Assembly: GCA_023382875.1 (NCBI GenBank)
Contig: JAHDXH010000005.1
Span: 1-56,483, forward strand
DNA: 56,483 bases
DNA from: Patescibacteria group bacterium
GTDB taxonomy: Bacteria; Patescibacteriota; Microgenomatia; UBA1400; PJMF01
Reading direction: 5' to 3'
Shown: in pieces, positions 28,431 through 39,799 of the stretch
Position numbering within the stretch: the first letter of the stretch is position 1
Layout: each line of letters opens with the position of its first letter
Notes under the pieces: generated by a model
Told to the model about the DNA's origin: nothing
The model's database searches: none
The model's input: only the letters and a program-made list of their open reading frames with translations
Made by a program: the position numbers and the translations under genes

Positions 28431-28493
28431 AATAATAATGAACTCATCTGCCATTTTGGCAAATAAATAACAATCACATCATAACACGGCGGA

Positions 28494-28922
28494 TTAAATA
28501 CCAGCTTTTTTGGTTTTTTGAGCAACTTTAAGCTCGAGCATAGCCAGCTTAAGAGAAGCCTCTGCCATCATCAATTCGCGTTGATCTTCAGATTTGGCCA
28601 TAGTTTCTTGAGCTTCTTCAATAGCTTTTTGGACTTTTTCCATAGAAATGTCGCGAGCATAAATCGCCGAGTCAACCAAAACTGTCACTAAACCAGAAGG
28701 ATTAACGTCAACGAAACCCTTAGCAATAACCACATCTTGCTCATGACCATCTTGAGTAAAGCGTAAACTACCAGTCTCTACTTGAGAGAGGAGAGCAGCG
28801 TGATGAGGCAGAATAGTAATCTCACCCTCAGTGCTGGGCAAGGAAACCTTATCCACCACTTCTTCTAGGAGCTTTTTTTCCTGAGAAATAATGCGGAGAG
28901 TGAGTTTACTTTTTTCTGACAT
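28494..28922 (-). CDS. atpC: ATP synthase epsilon subunit
   Basis: EGEITILPHH beta-domain plus C-terminal helices; operon position. Confidence 0.92.
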   Translation of the reverse strand: MSEKSKLTLRIISQEKKLLEEVVDKVSLPSTEGEITILPHHAALLSQVETGSLRFTQDGHEQDVVIAKGFVDVNPSGLVTVLVDSAIYARDISMEKVQKAIEEAQETMAKSEDQRELMMAEASLKLAMLELKVAQKTKKAGI

Positions 28923-28938
28923 TAATTAAATTTCGAGT

Positions 28939-30342
<1,404 letters not shown>

Positions 30343-30362
30343 TTAATTCCTTAAAATTTCCT

Positions 30363-31232
30363 TTACACAGTTAAAGTTGCAGTCGCAATATCGAGAAGTT
30401 CACTAGTAATTGCAGACTGACGAGATTTATTAAAGACTAACTTCAATTCATCGACTAATTCATGAGCGTTTTCACTTGCATTCTTCATGGTCACCATACG
30501 AGCAGAGTGTTCACTAGCTCTTGATTCTAAGAAAGCTTGATAAATTGAGTTTTCAATATAAAAAGGCAACAAATTGGTCAAAATTTCTTTAGCACTAGGC
30601 TCAAATAAATAGTCAGCCTTTACCACCTTTTTTTGACCATCAGTCACTTCACCAACCACTTCTTCTTTGGCCATTGGCAAAAGTTCTGCCACTCTTGGTT
30701 TTTGCGACAAAGTGTTAATGAAATCCATATAAACTAGACCAACAGAGCGGAAATCTTGCTTTAAATAACCATCGATCACCATCTCACTAATCGCCACTAA
30801 GTCTGAAGTTGTAACTTTTTCGGCTATATCAGTAAATTGAGAATGAATTTTAAATCCACCTAAACGGCAAAAGTGCACAATCTTTTTTCCGACTGCCACA
30901 ATTTCACCATCGGGATGCAATTTTCTCCAGGCATCCATTTTTTTGAATAGTTGGGTGTTCAAACTACCGCACAAACCTTTGTTGGTACCAACGACCAACA
31001 AGATATCTTTACCTGTGAAATTACGAGAGAGCAGAGGATGCAATGATGGGTCAGCTTGTGCAGCGAGTTTCTGCAAAGAGTCCTGCAAAGCCAAAGCATA
31101 GTGACGAGCTAAAATAGCTTGATCCTGAGCTTTTTTCATTTTGCTGGCAGCTACCATTTCCATTGCCTTAGTGATCTTGGAAATGTTAGAAGCAGCGCTG
31201 ATGCGGCGTTTGATTTGTCTAGCGTTAGCCAT
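30363..31232 (-). CDS. atpG: ATP synthase gamma subunit
   Basis: [34 protein letters not shown]. Confidence 0.97.
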   Translation of the reverse strand: MANARQIKRRISAASNISKITKAMEMVAASKMKKAQDQAILARHYALALQDSLQKLAAQADPSLHPLLSRNFTGKDILLVVGTNKGLCGSLNTQLFKKMDAWRKLHPDGEIVAVGKKIVHFCRLGGFKIHSQFTDIAEKVTTSDLVAISEMVIDGYLKQDFRSVGLVYMDFINTLSQKPRVAELLPMAKEEVVGEVTDGQKKVVKADYLFEPSAKEILTNLLPFYIENSIYQAFLESRASEHSARMVTMKNASENAHELVDELKLVFNKSRQSAITSELLDIATATLTV

Positions 31233-32886
31233 TATTGTCTGAGTTTACTAAAGCACTGTTATTATTAAATTCCTTAACTGCAGCTTCAAGTTCGGCTTCA
31301 GTGGTTTCGATAATTTTAGCTTCCTTAGTGATACTCTCCAAAATAGCCGCATGCTCATCGCGCATGAAATCTAGATAAGCAACTTCCCATTCTTTAATAT
31401 TATTTGTATCAATTTTGTCTAAGTGGCCTCTGACGGCTGCAAAAATGATCACCACTTGTTCTGCAACAGATAAAGGAGTATCCCAACCTTGTTTCAAGAT
31501 GGCATTAACTCTTTCACCTCTTTCAAGTTGAGCTTTGGTTTTATCATCAAGATCAGAAGAAAATTGAGCGAAAGCTTCAAGCTCTCTAAATTGAGCCAAC
31601 TCCAATTTCATCGTACCAGCCACTTGCTTCATAGCTTTGAGCTGAGCAGCAGAACCGACACGAGACACTGATAAACCAACGTTAATAGCTGGTCTCATAC
31701 CTTTGTTGAACAAATCAGCTTCAAGATAAATCTGACCATCAGTGATAGAAATCACGTTGGTTGGAATATAAGCAGAAACGTCATTAGCTTGGGTTTCAAT
31801 GATTGGCAAAGCAGTAATAGAACCACCACCATGCTTTTCATTCAAACGACAGGCTCTTTCGAGTAAACGAGAGTGCAAGTAAAAAACGTCACCTGGATAA
31901 GCCTCACGACCAGAAGGTCTTCTCAGTAAAAGTGAAATTTCGCGGTAAGCTTGAGCATGTTTTGATAAGTCATCATAGACCACCAAAACGTCTTTGCCTT
32001 TACCCAAGAAATATTCAGCGATAGCGACACCAGCATAAGGTGCCAAAAATTGTTGAGCAGCAGTAGATGAAGCAGTAGCGGAAACGATCACAGTGTAATC
32101 CATAGCACCACGCTCTTCCAAGATACCTCTAGTTTGCGCCAAAGAAGAACCTTTTTGACCGATACAAACGTAAACACAAATTACGTCCTGACCTTTTTGG
32201 TTCAAAATTGTACCAAGCGCCACTGATGTTTTACCAGTTTGGCGGTCACCGATAATTAGCTCTCTTTGACCACGGCCGATTGGAATCATAGCGTCAATAG
32301 CTTTGATACCAGTTTGCATTGGTTGAGTCACTGATTGACGAGACATAACACCAGGCGCAACTCTCTCGAGAAGCATCATTTTGTCAGCCTTAATAGGTTC
32401 ACCACCATCGAGTGGAACACCTAAAGAGTCAACGGTACGACCAATAATTTTATCGGAAACTGGCAAAGATAAAATTGTGCCGGTTCTTCTGACAATAGAA
32501 CCAGCGTGAAGATGTTCAGCGCTATCTAATGCCACAATACCAATGTCTTTTTTATCTAGGTTTAAAGCTAAACCCTTTTTGCCATTACCTAAGTCAATTA
32601 ATTCTCCAGCTTGAACATCATCAAGACCTTCAACTTTGGCAATACCATCACCAAAGGTAGTGACAAAACCGACTGATTCTTTGGTCAAGTCTTTACCTTC
32701 AATTTTTGCTCTCAAAGTAGCGTCAAGCATTTCTGAACCAACTTGAATGGATAAACCACCTAAAACTGATTCATCAATCTTTTCTACAAATTGCAGATCA
32801 GAACCATATTTTTTAATGGCAGCTTTTTTGATTTTTTCCAGTTGACCACTTGAAAGTTGGCTGGCTGAAGTAATTTTGACTAACAT
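31225..32886 (-). CDS. atpA: ATP synthase alpha subunit with N-terminal fused delta C-terminal domain
   Basis: [27 protein letters not shown]; first ~63 aa (ITSA..L...[13 protein letters not shown]...LD.TL) match the delta/OSCP C-terminal domain. Confidence 0.93.
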   Translation of the reverse strand: MLVKITSASQLSSGQLEKIKKAAIKKYGSDLQFVEKIDESVLGGLSIQVGSEMLDATLRAKIEGKDLTKESVGFVTTFGDGIAKVEGLDDVQAGELIDLGNGKKGLALNLDKKDIGIVALDSAEHLHAGSIVRRTGTILSLPVSDKIIGRTVDSLGVPLDGGEPIKADKMMLLERVAPGVMSRQSVTQPMQTGIKAIDAMIPIGRGQRELIIGDRQTGKTSVALGTILNQKGQDVICVYVCIGQKGSSLAQTRGILEERGAMDYTVIVSATASSTAAQQFLAPYAGVAIAEYFLGKGKDVLVVYDDLSKHAQAYREISLLLRRPSGREAYPGDVFYLHSRLLERACRLNEKHGGGSITALPIIETQANDVSAYIPTNVISITDGQIYLEADLFNKGMRPAINVGLSVSRVGSAAQLKAMKQVAGTMKLELAQFRELEAFAQFSSDLDDKTKAQLERGERVNAILKQGWDTPLSVAEQVVIIFAAVRGHLDKIDTNNIKEWEVAYLDFMRDEHAAILESITKEAKIIETTEAELEAAVKEFNNNSALVNSDNNG

Positions 32887-32893
32887 AGGTTAT

Positions 32894-33379
32894 TTAAATT
32901 GCCTTAAGCAATGATTCCAATTCAGTATCAATTAAGGCAGCGTGCTTCTTAGCATCGAGTGACTTACCGATAACTTTTTCTGCGGTAGCCAAAACTCGAG
33001 ATTCGAATTCTGCTTTAATTTGAGCTTCTTGTTTCTTTTGAGTTTTTTGCCAATCAGAAACCATTTTTTCGATTTCTGCTTGAGCTTTTTCGCGAGCTTC
33101 AGCTAACAATTCTTTTTCTTTGTCTTTTGCTTTTTGTTTAGCTTCTTCGATTAAATCAGCTGCTTTTTGGTCAGTAGCTTTTTTAACTTTTGCTTTGTAA
33201 GCTTCGATTTGTTCTTTTTCTAACAAAGTTTCACCAGCAGCTTTCTGAGCATCGGCGATTCTTTGTGCTCTTTGATCAAGAATTTTAGTAATTGGTTTAA
33301 TTAACAAGAAGGTTAATGCACCAAAAACAACGAAAAAGTTGATTGCCTGAAAAAGGATTTGTGCGATTTGGATTTCCAT
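32894..33379 (-). CDS. atpF: ATP synthase b subunit
   Basis: QAINF TM helix, KPI..LDQR, long coiled coil. Confidence 0.9.
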   Translation of the reverse strand: MEIQIAQILFQAINFFVVFGALTFLLIKPITKILDQRAQRIADAQKAAGETLLEKEQIEAYKAKVKKATDQKAADLIEEAKQKAKDKEKELLAEAREKAQAEIEKMVSDWQKTQKKQEAQIKAEFESRVLATAEKVIGKSLDAKKHAALIDTELESLLKAI

Positions 33380-33401
33380 ATATCCCTCCTTCTTTTAGGT
33401 A

Positions 33402-33617
33402 TTAAACGAACTTGATAATTAAAGCCACGACCAATGAGTAAATAGCGATAGCTTCAGCGAAAGCCATACCCAAAATCATATTGGTTTGGATGGTACTAGC
33501 AGCTTCTGGGTTACGACCGATTGCTTTCAAAGCAGCGGCAACGATGACACCAATTGCTAAAGCTGGGACTGCACCACCTAAGGCCATTGTTAAACCGACA
33601 CTAAGTGAATCTGACAT
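33402..33617 (-). CDS. atpE: ATP synthase c subunit (H+-type)
   Basis: RNPE loop; conserved Glu in AFAEAIAIY without the Na+-type Ser/Thr. Confidence 0.95.
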   Translation of the reverse strand: MSDSLSVGLTMALGGAVPALAIGVIVAAALKAIGRNPEAASTIQTNMILGMAFAEAIAIYSLVVALIIKFV

Positions 33618-33659
33618 AATTCTCCTTTTTTATTATTTTTTTCTACTAATTTTTACTAA

Positions 33660-34604
33660 TTAATGCTCGTCATGGCTAATGGTAGCCATATTGAAAAATA
33701 CTAAACTGAGCATCGAGAAAACGAGAGCTTGAATAAAGCCAACAAAGATTTCCAAGCCGTAAAATGGCATTGGAGCGATAACTGGCACTAAGAATAAGAT
33801 AACAGCCAACAAAACTTCGCCTGCAAAAACGTTGCCAAATAAACGGAAAGCGAAAGACATAATCTTAGCCAATTCCAAAACCAATTCTAAAATTCCCACA
33901 AAGAACATAATTGGACTAGAGAAATTAAAGAATTTTTTCAAATAACCAAATTTCAAATATTTGAAACCAAAGAGTTGGGTAACAAAAACGGAAATAGCAG
34001 CTAAAGCAATAGCAGTATTAAGGTCGGCGGTACCAGCTCTGAATAATGGAATAAAGGTTTTACCATGAGCTTTTTCACCAGTGGCAGCTTCCTCTGAGTG
34101 AGTTTCTCCTGCAGTTGCAGCTTCCTCAACATGTGTTTCATCACCAACAACTTCTAGGGTCTCAACATGATCAGTAGTTTCAATCACTTCGACAGTTGGT
34201 TCAACTTCACTTGCCTTGACTTCAATTGAAGGTAAGCGAGCTTCTTTTGGTTCATGGGTTAAACCAATGGTACCAACGCCAGGTAATAAGCCCAACCAAT
34301 TATTAAGTAAAATCCATAAGAAAAAACTAGCGATGAACGGCAAGAAAACTTTGGTTTTTTTGCTATTGTGAGTCACAGAGTTAGTGAACTCATAAAGCAT
34401 CTCCACAATCATCTCTGAAAAATTTTGGAAGGCACCTGGCCTTCCAAAAACATCGCGAGTATTGAGTTTCTTCTTTGCAATAAGTGCAAAAAGAATAAGA
34501 ATAGCGCTGACAATAAGAGAAGTTAAAATTGAGTTCGAAATCGGGATGTTAGCAAAATAGGAAATAGTTTCTGCTGAAATTGAGATGTGTGGTCCTGAGG
34601 ACAT
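33660..34604 (-). CDS. atpB: ATP synthase a subunit
   Basis: NNWLGLLP, TADLN, SFAFRLFGN, IQALVF. Confidence 0.95.
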   Translation of the reverse strand: MSSGPHISISAETISYFANIPISNSILTSLIVSAILILFALIAKKKLNTRDVFGRPGAFQNFSEMIVEMLYEFTNSVTHNSKKTKVFLPFIASFFLWILLNNWLGLLPGVGTIGLTHEPKEARLPSIEVKASEVEPTVEVIETTDHVETLEVVGDETHVEEAATAGETHSEEAATGEKAHGKTFIPLFRAGTADLNTAIALAAISVFVTQLFGFKYLKFGYLKKFFNFSSPIMFFVGILELVLELAKIMSFAFRLFGNVFAGEVLLAVILFLVPVIAPMPFYGLEIFVGFIQALVFSMLSLVFFNMATISHDEH

Positions 34605-34702
34605 AATTCGTGCCTACTACTAGTTATTTTATTAATAGGATTCTCTTGAACAACGACGATTTTACACATAGTTTACCCATTGACAAGTGTTAAATCAAGA
34701 AA

Positions 34703-36544
34703 TTATTTGTTGAGAACCAAAACAGCATCATAGCTGCCTTTTAAATCTTCGGTTTTAATCTCGCTTGAGTAGGTAAAAGCGAGATCGGTGGCCTCTTCCA
34801 CCAAGGTTAGTAATTGTGAGTTTTCCTCAGCCATTAGTAAGTAATTGCCCGCTTCGTAATCACCGCGAGCGTTTCCAGTATCTACGTCAACAAAATCAGC
34901 ATCAGTCAACATTTTTTTAATCGAGCTAGCGTAACCAGCTTTTGAGGTAGCATTGACAACCAAAACACTTAATTCACTAACTTTTAATTGAGCTGCTGGT
35001 GAAGCAGTGGGAGCTGGATTTTCCACCACTGGGCTTGGCGAGACAGTAGTCGTAGCCACTGGAGTAGGGGAAGGTGCACTTTGTTCAGAAACGGTCAAAT
35101 AACTAATTCCCAAACCAACGCCAATACCTACAGTCAAGAAAAAGACCGCCACTGACACAAAAATCATTTTCAACATGGAATTAACTCCGGTTTTATTCTT
35201 AATCACCGGCTTATCATTTTTGACGGTTTTACTAACAATTGGTTCAGCAGTTTTTGGTTCGTTCACAATTGGTTTTTCATCAGCTTCCTTTACAGCAAAG
35301 CGACTTAAAGCTTCATTAGGATCTGATTTTTCACTATCTTCGTTTTTCTCAACTGGTGCTGCAGCTTTTTCTGCAACGTTTTTGGGCGGAAAAAGGTTGT
35401 CATCCTGCATATTTTCTAATATATCATCAGCTGGCTCTTCTGTCTTGTTTGTATCGTTTACATCGTTTGACTCTTCTGGAAGTTGAGCTAGATTGATTTT
35501 TCTCTCTACATCCTCTTGTGCAATGGGCACAAGCTCTACCTCTGTACCAATAACTCTAGGGGTACTAGGAGCTGGCAAAGGTTCATTTACTTCATCCTCC
35601 CCAACCTCATCCTTGGCTGGTGCTGGTTTTTTTATCTCATCTTGGTCTTCTTCATCCCCATCTTTGGTCAACGGCTCAACTGCCACCAGTAAATCCTCAT
35701 CAACTTTTTCGATATTAAAGGCTGGAACATTAAATTCTGGTACCGCTAAGGTCTTAGCTCCTGCTTCAATAATCTGCCTGACGTAGGGAGGTACTTCTGG
35801 ATTTTCTTCACTAAAATTGGTCAATTGTTGAGTGGGTAAAGTTTTGTTGAGTAGTTCTTCAATTTTTTTCTCAACTAATTCATTAGTGAGAAGATACATG
35901 GTCTGAATGCTTGGCTCAGCACCACGCAAAGTTTTGACCGTTTCGGCAATTTTCTCCACATCAACAACCTCTGCACTTGTAGCCTGATCAACACCAATGT
36001 AATGCTGAACTAAGTACAAGTTTTCTCCCATTTGAACCAAACTTAGCGATGGTTCAAGAGAAATCAAAGCCTTAATAGTCCAACTTAAAGAAACCACTTT
36101 GGAGATTTTGATATCGTTTTTAGTAGCAGCATCGTAAATTGGCGCCAACAATGATCTTTCGATCGCGCTTAGCTGAACATTGGATTTTTCACCATATTGT
36201 GTCAAAACAAAGTGGTGAAGCTGGTGGGTTTTGGGTGTTAAACCCAAAGAAGGGAATAATTCTTCAGTGATTTGTTTATCTATTTTAGTTTTGGCTTTTT
36301 CACCAATTTCCAAAATAGTGTTAGTAAAGAAAAAATCTGGCAAAACCAGAACATATTCTTCTTTATCAAGTTTAGCAAATAGCTTTTGAATGTTTTCTAC
36401 AATAAAAACATCGTTATTTAAATACTCGCCGTTAATTTGTCTGAAGTTTTGTAAAGCAAAATCGCCTTGTTTTTTGGCTGGCAAAAGCTCAGTCACGTAA
36501 GCAACATCAGAGAAAATATAGAGTAGCTTCTTGGAATCGAGCAT
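34703..36544 (-). CDS. membrane protein with C-terminal LytR_C domain
   Basis: N-terminal globular domain, acidic linker, one TM, PT linker, VLVVNAT..AGYA...GNA LytR_C motif. Confidence 0.75.
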   Translation of the reverse strand: MLDSKKLLYIFSDVAYVTELLPAKKQGDFALQNFRQINGEYLNNDVFIVENIQKLFAKLDKEEYVLVLPDFFFTNTILEIGEKAKTKIDKQITEELFPSLGLTPKTHQLHHFVLTQYGEKSNVQLSAIERSLLAPIYDAATKNDIKISKVVSLSWTIKALISLEPSLSLVQMGENLYLVQHYIGVDQATSAEVVDVEKIAETVKTLRGAEPSIQTMYLLTNELVEKKIEELLNKTLPTQQLTNFSEENPEVPPYVRQIIEAGAKTLAVPEFNVPAFNIEKVDEDLLVAVEPLTKDGDEEDQDEIKKPAPAKDEVGEDEVNEPLPAPSTPRVIGTEVELVPIAQEDVERKINLAQLPEESNDVNDTNKTEEPADDILENMQDDNLFPPKNVAEKAAAPVEKNEDSEKSDPNEALSRFAVKEADEKPIVNEPKTAEPIVSKTVKNDKPVIKNKTGVNSMLKMIFVSVAVFFLTVGIGVGLGISYLTVSEQSAPSPTPVATTTVSPSPVVENPAPTASPAAQLKVSELSVLVVNATSKAGYASSIKKMLTDADFVDVDTGNARGDYEAGNYLLMAEENSQLLTLVEEATDLAFTYSSEIKTEDLKGSYDAVLVLNK

Positions 36545-36592
36545 GCCTTTAGTATGGGGAAAGTTTGTCTTTTTGGCAAGACCTACAAAAAC

Positions 36593-36620
36593 AAAAAAAT
36601 CAGCTTTCGCTGATTCTTTT
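36593..36620 (-). terminator. terminator after rnpB
   Basis: AATCAGC-GAAA-GCTGATT plus T-tract. Confidence 0.75.
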
Positions 36621-36625
36621 GATGT

Positions 36626-36937
36626 TTTGCAGTCAATAAGCCAGATTCTGTATTAACTATGATCTATCTATGCCTGAGACACTATCGCCACTAGGGAACA
36701 AAACCATTTCTTTCTCTTTCGAGAAATGAGCGAAATTCGCCAGTTGCAGCAGGGAGGATTGCCACCAATTTCTTGGCACGCGGTCGCTTCGTCGTTTCAC
36801 CCGGCGCCACCCGGTTCGTCACTGTTGCTCTAACTGTCTTAAAACTTAAGTTCTAATCTCTAGCTTTCACTAGACACCCTTTCGTTCGCTGTCCGGACTT
36901 TCCTCTTGAAAAAATCAAGCCATAGTCTAACTGCAAC
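36626..36937 (-). ncRNA. rnpB: RNase P RNA
   Basis: conserved GAGGAAAGTCC near the 5' end and ACAGAATCTGGCTTAT near the 3' end; P1 TTGCAGT/ACTGCAA; TATAAT just upstream. Confidence 0.92.
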
Positions 36938-36990
36938 AATAATTATATCCTATAATGATGGAAATATCAAGTTAAAAAAATCAAGAATAT

Positions 36991-38007
36991 CTAGAAGAAC
37001 TTGAGATTATTTTCTTTAACCAAAGTGTAAACGCTTCTTAAAACGATGTAGCAGGGGATAGCGAGCAACGCTCCCACCACTCCACCCAATTTGAAACCAA
37101 TCAAAATAGTCACGATTGCCACCAGCGGGTTAACATCAGCATTTTCTTTCATGATTTTGGGGACAATGATGTTGTTTTCAAGTTGTTGGACCAAAATATA
37201 GAAAATTGTCACAACAACTCCTAAAACTGGACCACCGTGAATACTAGCCAAAATCACCGCTGGAACAGCTGCAACCGTTGGACCAAGATTAGGCAAGATT
37301 TCTAGTAACCCAGCAATAATTGCTAGTGGCAAAGCAAAAGGTACACCTAAAATTCCTAAACCGGCATAAGTCAAAAGTCCGATCACCAACATTAAAATCG
37401 CCTGACCTCGAATCCAACCGCCAAGCTGTGACTCCAAAGATGATAAGAATTTTTCAGCCATCTCTAAATGTTTTTTATCGCGTGTAAACCAACTAATTTT
37501 TTTGTGTAAATGTGGTCTGTCCATCATGATGTAAAAAGACATCACCATCAAAGTAAAGAAAGCAAAGACGCCATTAAAAGTAGAACTAATCAATGAAAAA
37601 ACCATACTCGCACCATTACCAACCTGACCTAAAAGTTGCGAAGCTTCTTGAACAGTCAAACTTAAGTCGCTGATTTCTTGTTGGAAAAAAGGAATTTGAA
37701 CACTCTTCAGGAAGTTATATGCCTCAGCCAAAAGGGGAGGCAAAACAATTGCCACCATCAAACCTAAAGTCAAAATCATCATCAAATAAACAATCAAGAT
37801 ACTTAGTGGGCGAGGAACGTGGAGCTTGCGATGTAGTTTATCAACAGCCGGTCGCAAAGCAGTCATGATAATAAAAGACAAAAATAGGGCAGTTAAAATA
37901 CCACCGATCTGAAACAAGAAATAAACAGTAAACAAAAAAGCAAAAGTGAAAATCACAATGCTAGGAGAAATAGTAACTGCGTGTTTTTGATTAGAAGATA
38001 GCATCAT
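36991..38007 (-). CDS. AI-2E family transporter
   Basis: hydrophobic; LEILPNLGP, QQLENNIIVPKIM, GALLAIP motifs. Confidence 0.9.
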   Translation of the reverse strand: MMLSSNQKHAVTISPSIVIFTFAFLFTVYFLFQIGGILTALFLSFIIMTALRPAVDKLHRKLHVPRPLSILIVYLMMILTLGLMVAIVLPPLLAEAYNFLKSVQIPFFQQEISDLSLTVQEASQLLGQVGNGASMVFSLISSTFNGVFAFFTLMVMSFYIMMDRPHLHKKISWFTRDKKHLEMAEKFLSSLESQLGGWIRGQAILMLVIGLLTYAGLGILGVPFALPLAIIAGLLEILPNLGPTVAAVPAVILASIHGGPVLGVVVTIFYILVQQLENNIIVPKIMKENADVNPLVAIVTILIGFKLGGVVGALLAIPCYIVLRSVYTLVKENNLKFF

Positions 38008-38027
38008 ACTCTTTGAGTATAACAGCT

Positions 38028-39047
38028 TTATGAATTGCTGAGCAGAATAAAATTCTTAACCAAATTTATTGCCTCATCACGCCAATTTTCTTTATTTGTT
38101 TCAAACCATTTAACTTCTGGTCGATTCTTCCACCAGGTTAGTTGACGCTTGGCATACTGAAATTCTCTTAAAGTCCATTTTTCCAGCGTTTCAGATTTTT
38201 CAATTTGCCCATCAAGATACGCTTGAATTTCCCTTACCCCAGTGGCAGAGAGTAGTTGTTTATTTCGTCCGTACTGTTCAAACAAATCAGCAAGTCTACT
38301 GACTTCTTTTTTAGCTCCATCAATAAATCTTTCTTCAACTCTAGAAAAAATTTTGGTTTTAATATTATCCAATTCATCTTTTAACCCAATCACTAAATGA
38401 CGATCTGGCTTGAATAAATTTTCTGCTACTTCTTGGTCCACCCCTAATTGGTTTTCTTTTTCCCACATGGCAATTTCAATGGCTCGTGTCAATCTGGTGG
38501 GATTGAAATAGTCAGAGTTATTCAGTTTTTCCAATCTTGCTGGCGAAATTTCCTTAAGTTTGTTTTGCAAATCTTTCAAATTTAGCTGCGATAATTCAGA
38601 TCTTAGCTCAGAATCTGGCTTAATATCTAAAATAGGCGAGGGATTAAACAATTGATCATGATAAAGACCTGTTCCACCCACCAAGATTGGTAGGCGATTG
38701 CTGAGCCAAGACTCCTCAATTACTTGTTTGGCGAAGCTACGAAAATGGCTGACTGACCACTCGGCTTGGTAGGGTAGAATCGATACGCCATAAATTCTGA
38801 GATGATCTTTTTCATAAAAACAATTTGAAATTTCTTCACCAAAACTTTGGACAAAACCTTCTGGGATATCGGCTCCAGAAATAATTTTCAAATCCTTATA
38901 AACCTGACGTGAATCAGCACTAATTAAATTAAAACCTTTATATGGAGTATCTTTCAACGATTCACACAAAGCCAAAGCTAGACTGGTTTTGCCAACGCCA
39001 GTTGGTCCAACAATAGAGAGAAGTCTTTTTTGATCAGAGAAATCCAT
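38028..39047 (-). CDS. miaA: tRNA dimethylallyltransferase
   Basis: GPTGVGKT, ISADSRQVY, VGGTGLY, QYAKRQLTW. Confidence 0.93.
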   Translation of the reverse strand: MDFSDQKRLLSIVGPTGVGKTSLALALCESLKDTPYKGFNLISADSRQVYKDLKIISGADIPEGFVQSFGEEISNCFYEKDHLRIYGVSILPYQAEWSVSHFRSFAKQVIEESWLSNRLPILVGGTGLYHDQLFNPSPILDIKPDSELRSELSQLNLKDLQNKLKEISPARLEKLNNSDYFNPTRLTRAIEIAMWEKENQLGVDQEVAENLFKPDRHLVIGLKDELDNIKTKIFSRVEERFIDGAKKEVSRLADLFEQYGRNKQLLSATGVREIQAYLDGQIEKSETLEKWTLREFQYAKRQLTWWKNRPEVKWFETNKENWRDEAINLVKNFILLSNS

Positions 39048-39091
39048 GAAGATATTTTATCAAAGAAAATCTGAGCCAATAATGTGTCTAC

Positions 39092-39796
39092 CTAAACAAT
39101 AGGTGGATTAGGAGGAACTACATTGCTGTCAGTTTTAATTTGAACACTTGTTTTAGTTTTTTTATTAAATTTGTTAAGAAAAAATAAAACAATCGTAAGT
39201 AGCAAAATGATTAGAGGTATCGCAATTAAAATAGGACTAAATTGATTCTGACTTTCTCTAATATCTGCAGCGGGTGTACTTGCAACAGGAGTAGATCTGA
39301 TTTCTTTTTCAATTCCAACTTCGCCAAGATTTATAGCCATATCTTTAATCACAGCCACTGATTCAACGTTATAACTTTTTCCCCAAGTAGTTTTGTATAA
39401 GTCAAATGCAACAGGATTAAATATACGCTCACGCAACACTTTGGCAGAAAAATTTGGTCTTGCCGTAATTAATTCTAAACCATTCTCCAACCAGATGTGA
39501 ACAGTTTCTGGATCATTATTTTTACTGTCGTACCGATAAAAAGATTTATCAGGCTGGCCATATTGATTAACGTATGAACTAAAAATCACACTATCTTTGT
39601 TATGAGAAATTGACTTTAAAACCAATTTATCGTTTTCAAAATAATAATAGTCAGCATTGAGATCTAAATTTGCTCCGTATCTAAAAATTTCTCTTCCTTC
39701 TACAATTGATTTTTTTAGAGGCTCACCCAACTGTAAAATCACTTGAGATTTAGACTGTCCTAAAATAATTTTTTGCTGTGTATTTGTTTCTGTCAT
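39092..39796 (-). CDS. hypothetical protein with C-terminal TM helix
   Basis: LGQSKSQV...LGEP and YGQP repeats (BLIP/SmpA-like), TM near the C-terminus; starts 3 nt after the upstream stop. Confidence 0.7.
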   Translation of the reverse strand: MTETNTQQKIILGQSKSQVILQLGEPLKKSIVEGREIFRYGANLDLNADYYYFENDKLVLKSISHNKDSVIFSSYVNQYGQPDKSFYRYDSKNNDPETVHIWLENGLELITARPNFSAKVLRERIFNPVAFDLYKTTWGKSYNVESVAVIKDMAINLGEVGIEKEIRSTPVASTPAADIRESQNQFSPILIAIPLIILLLTIVLFFLNKFNKKTKTSVQIKTDSNVVPPNPPIV

Positions 39797-39799
39797 ATT

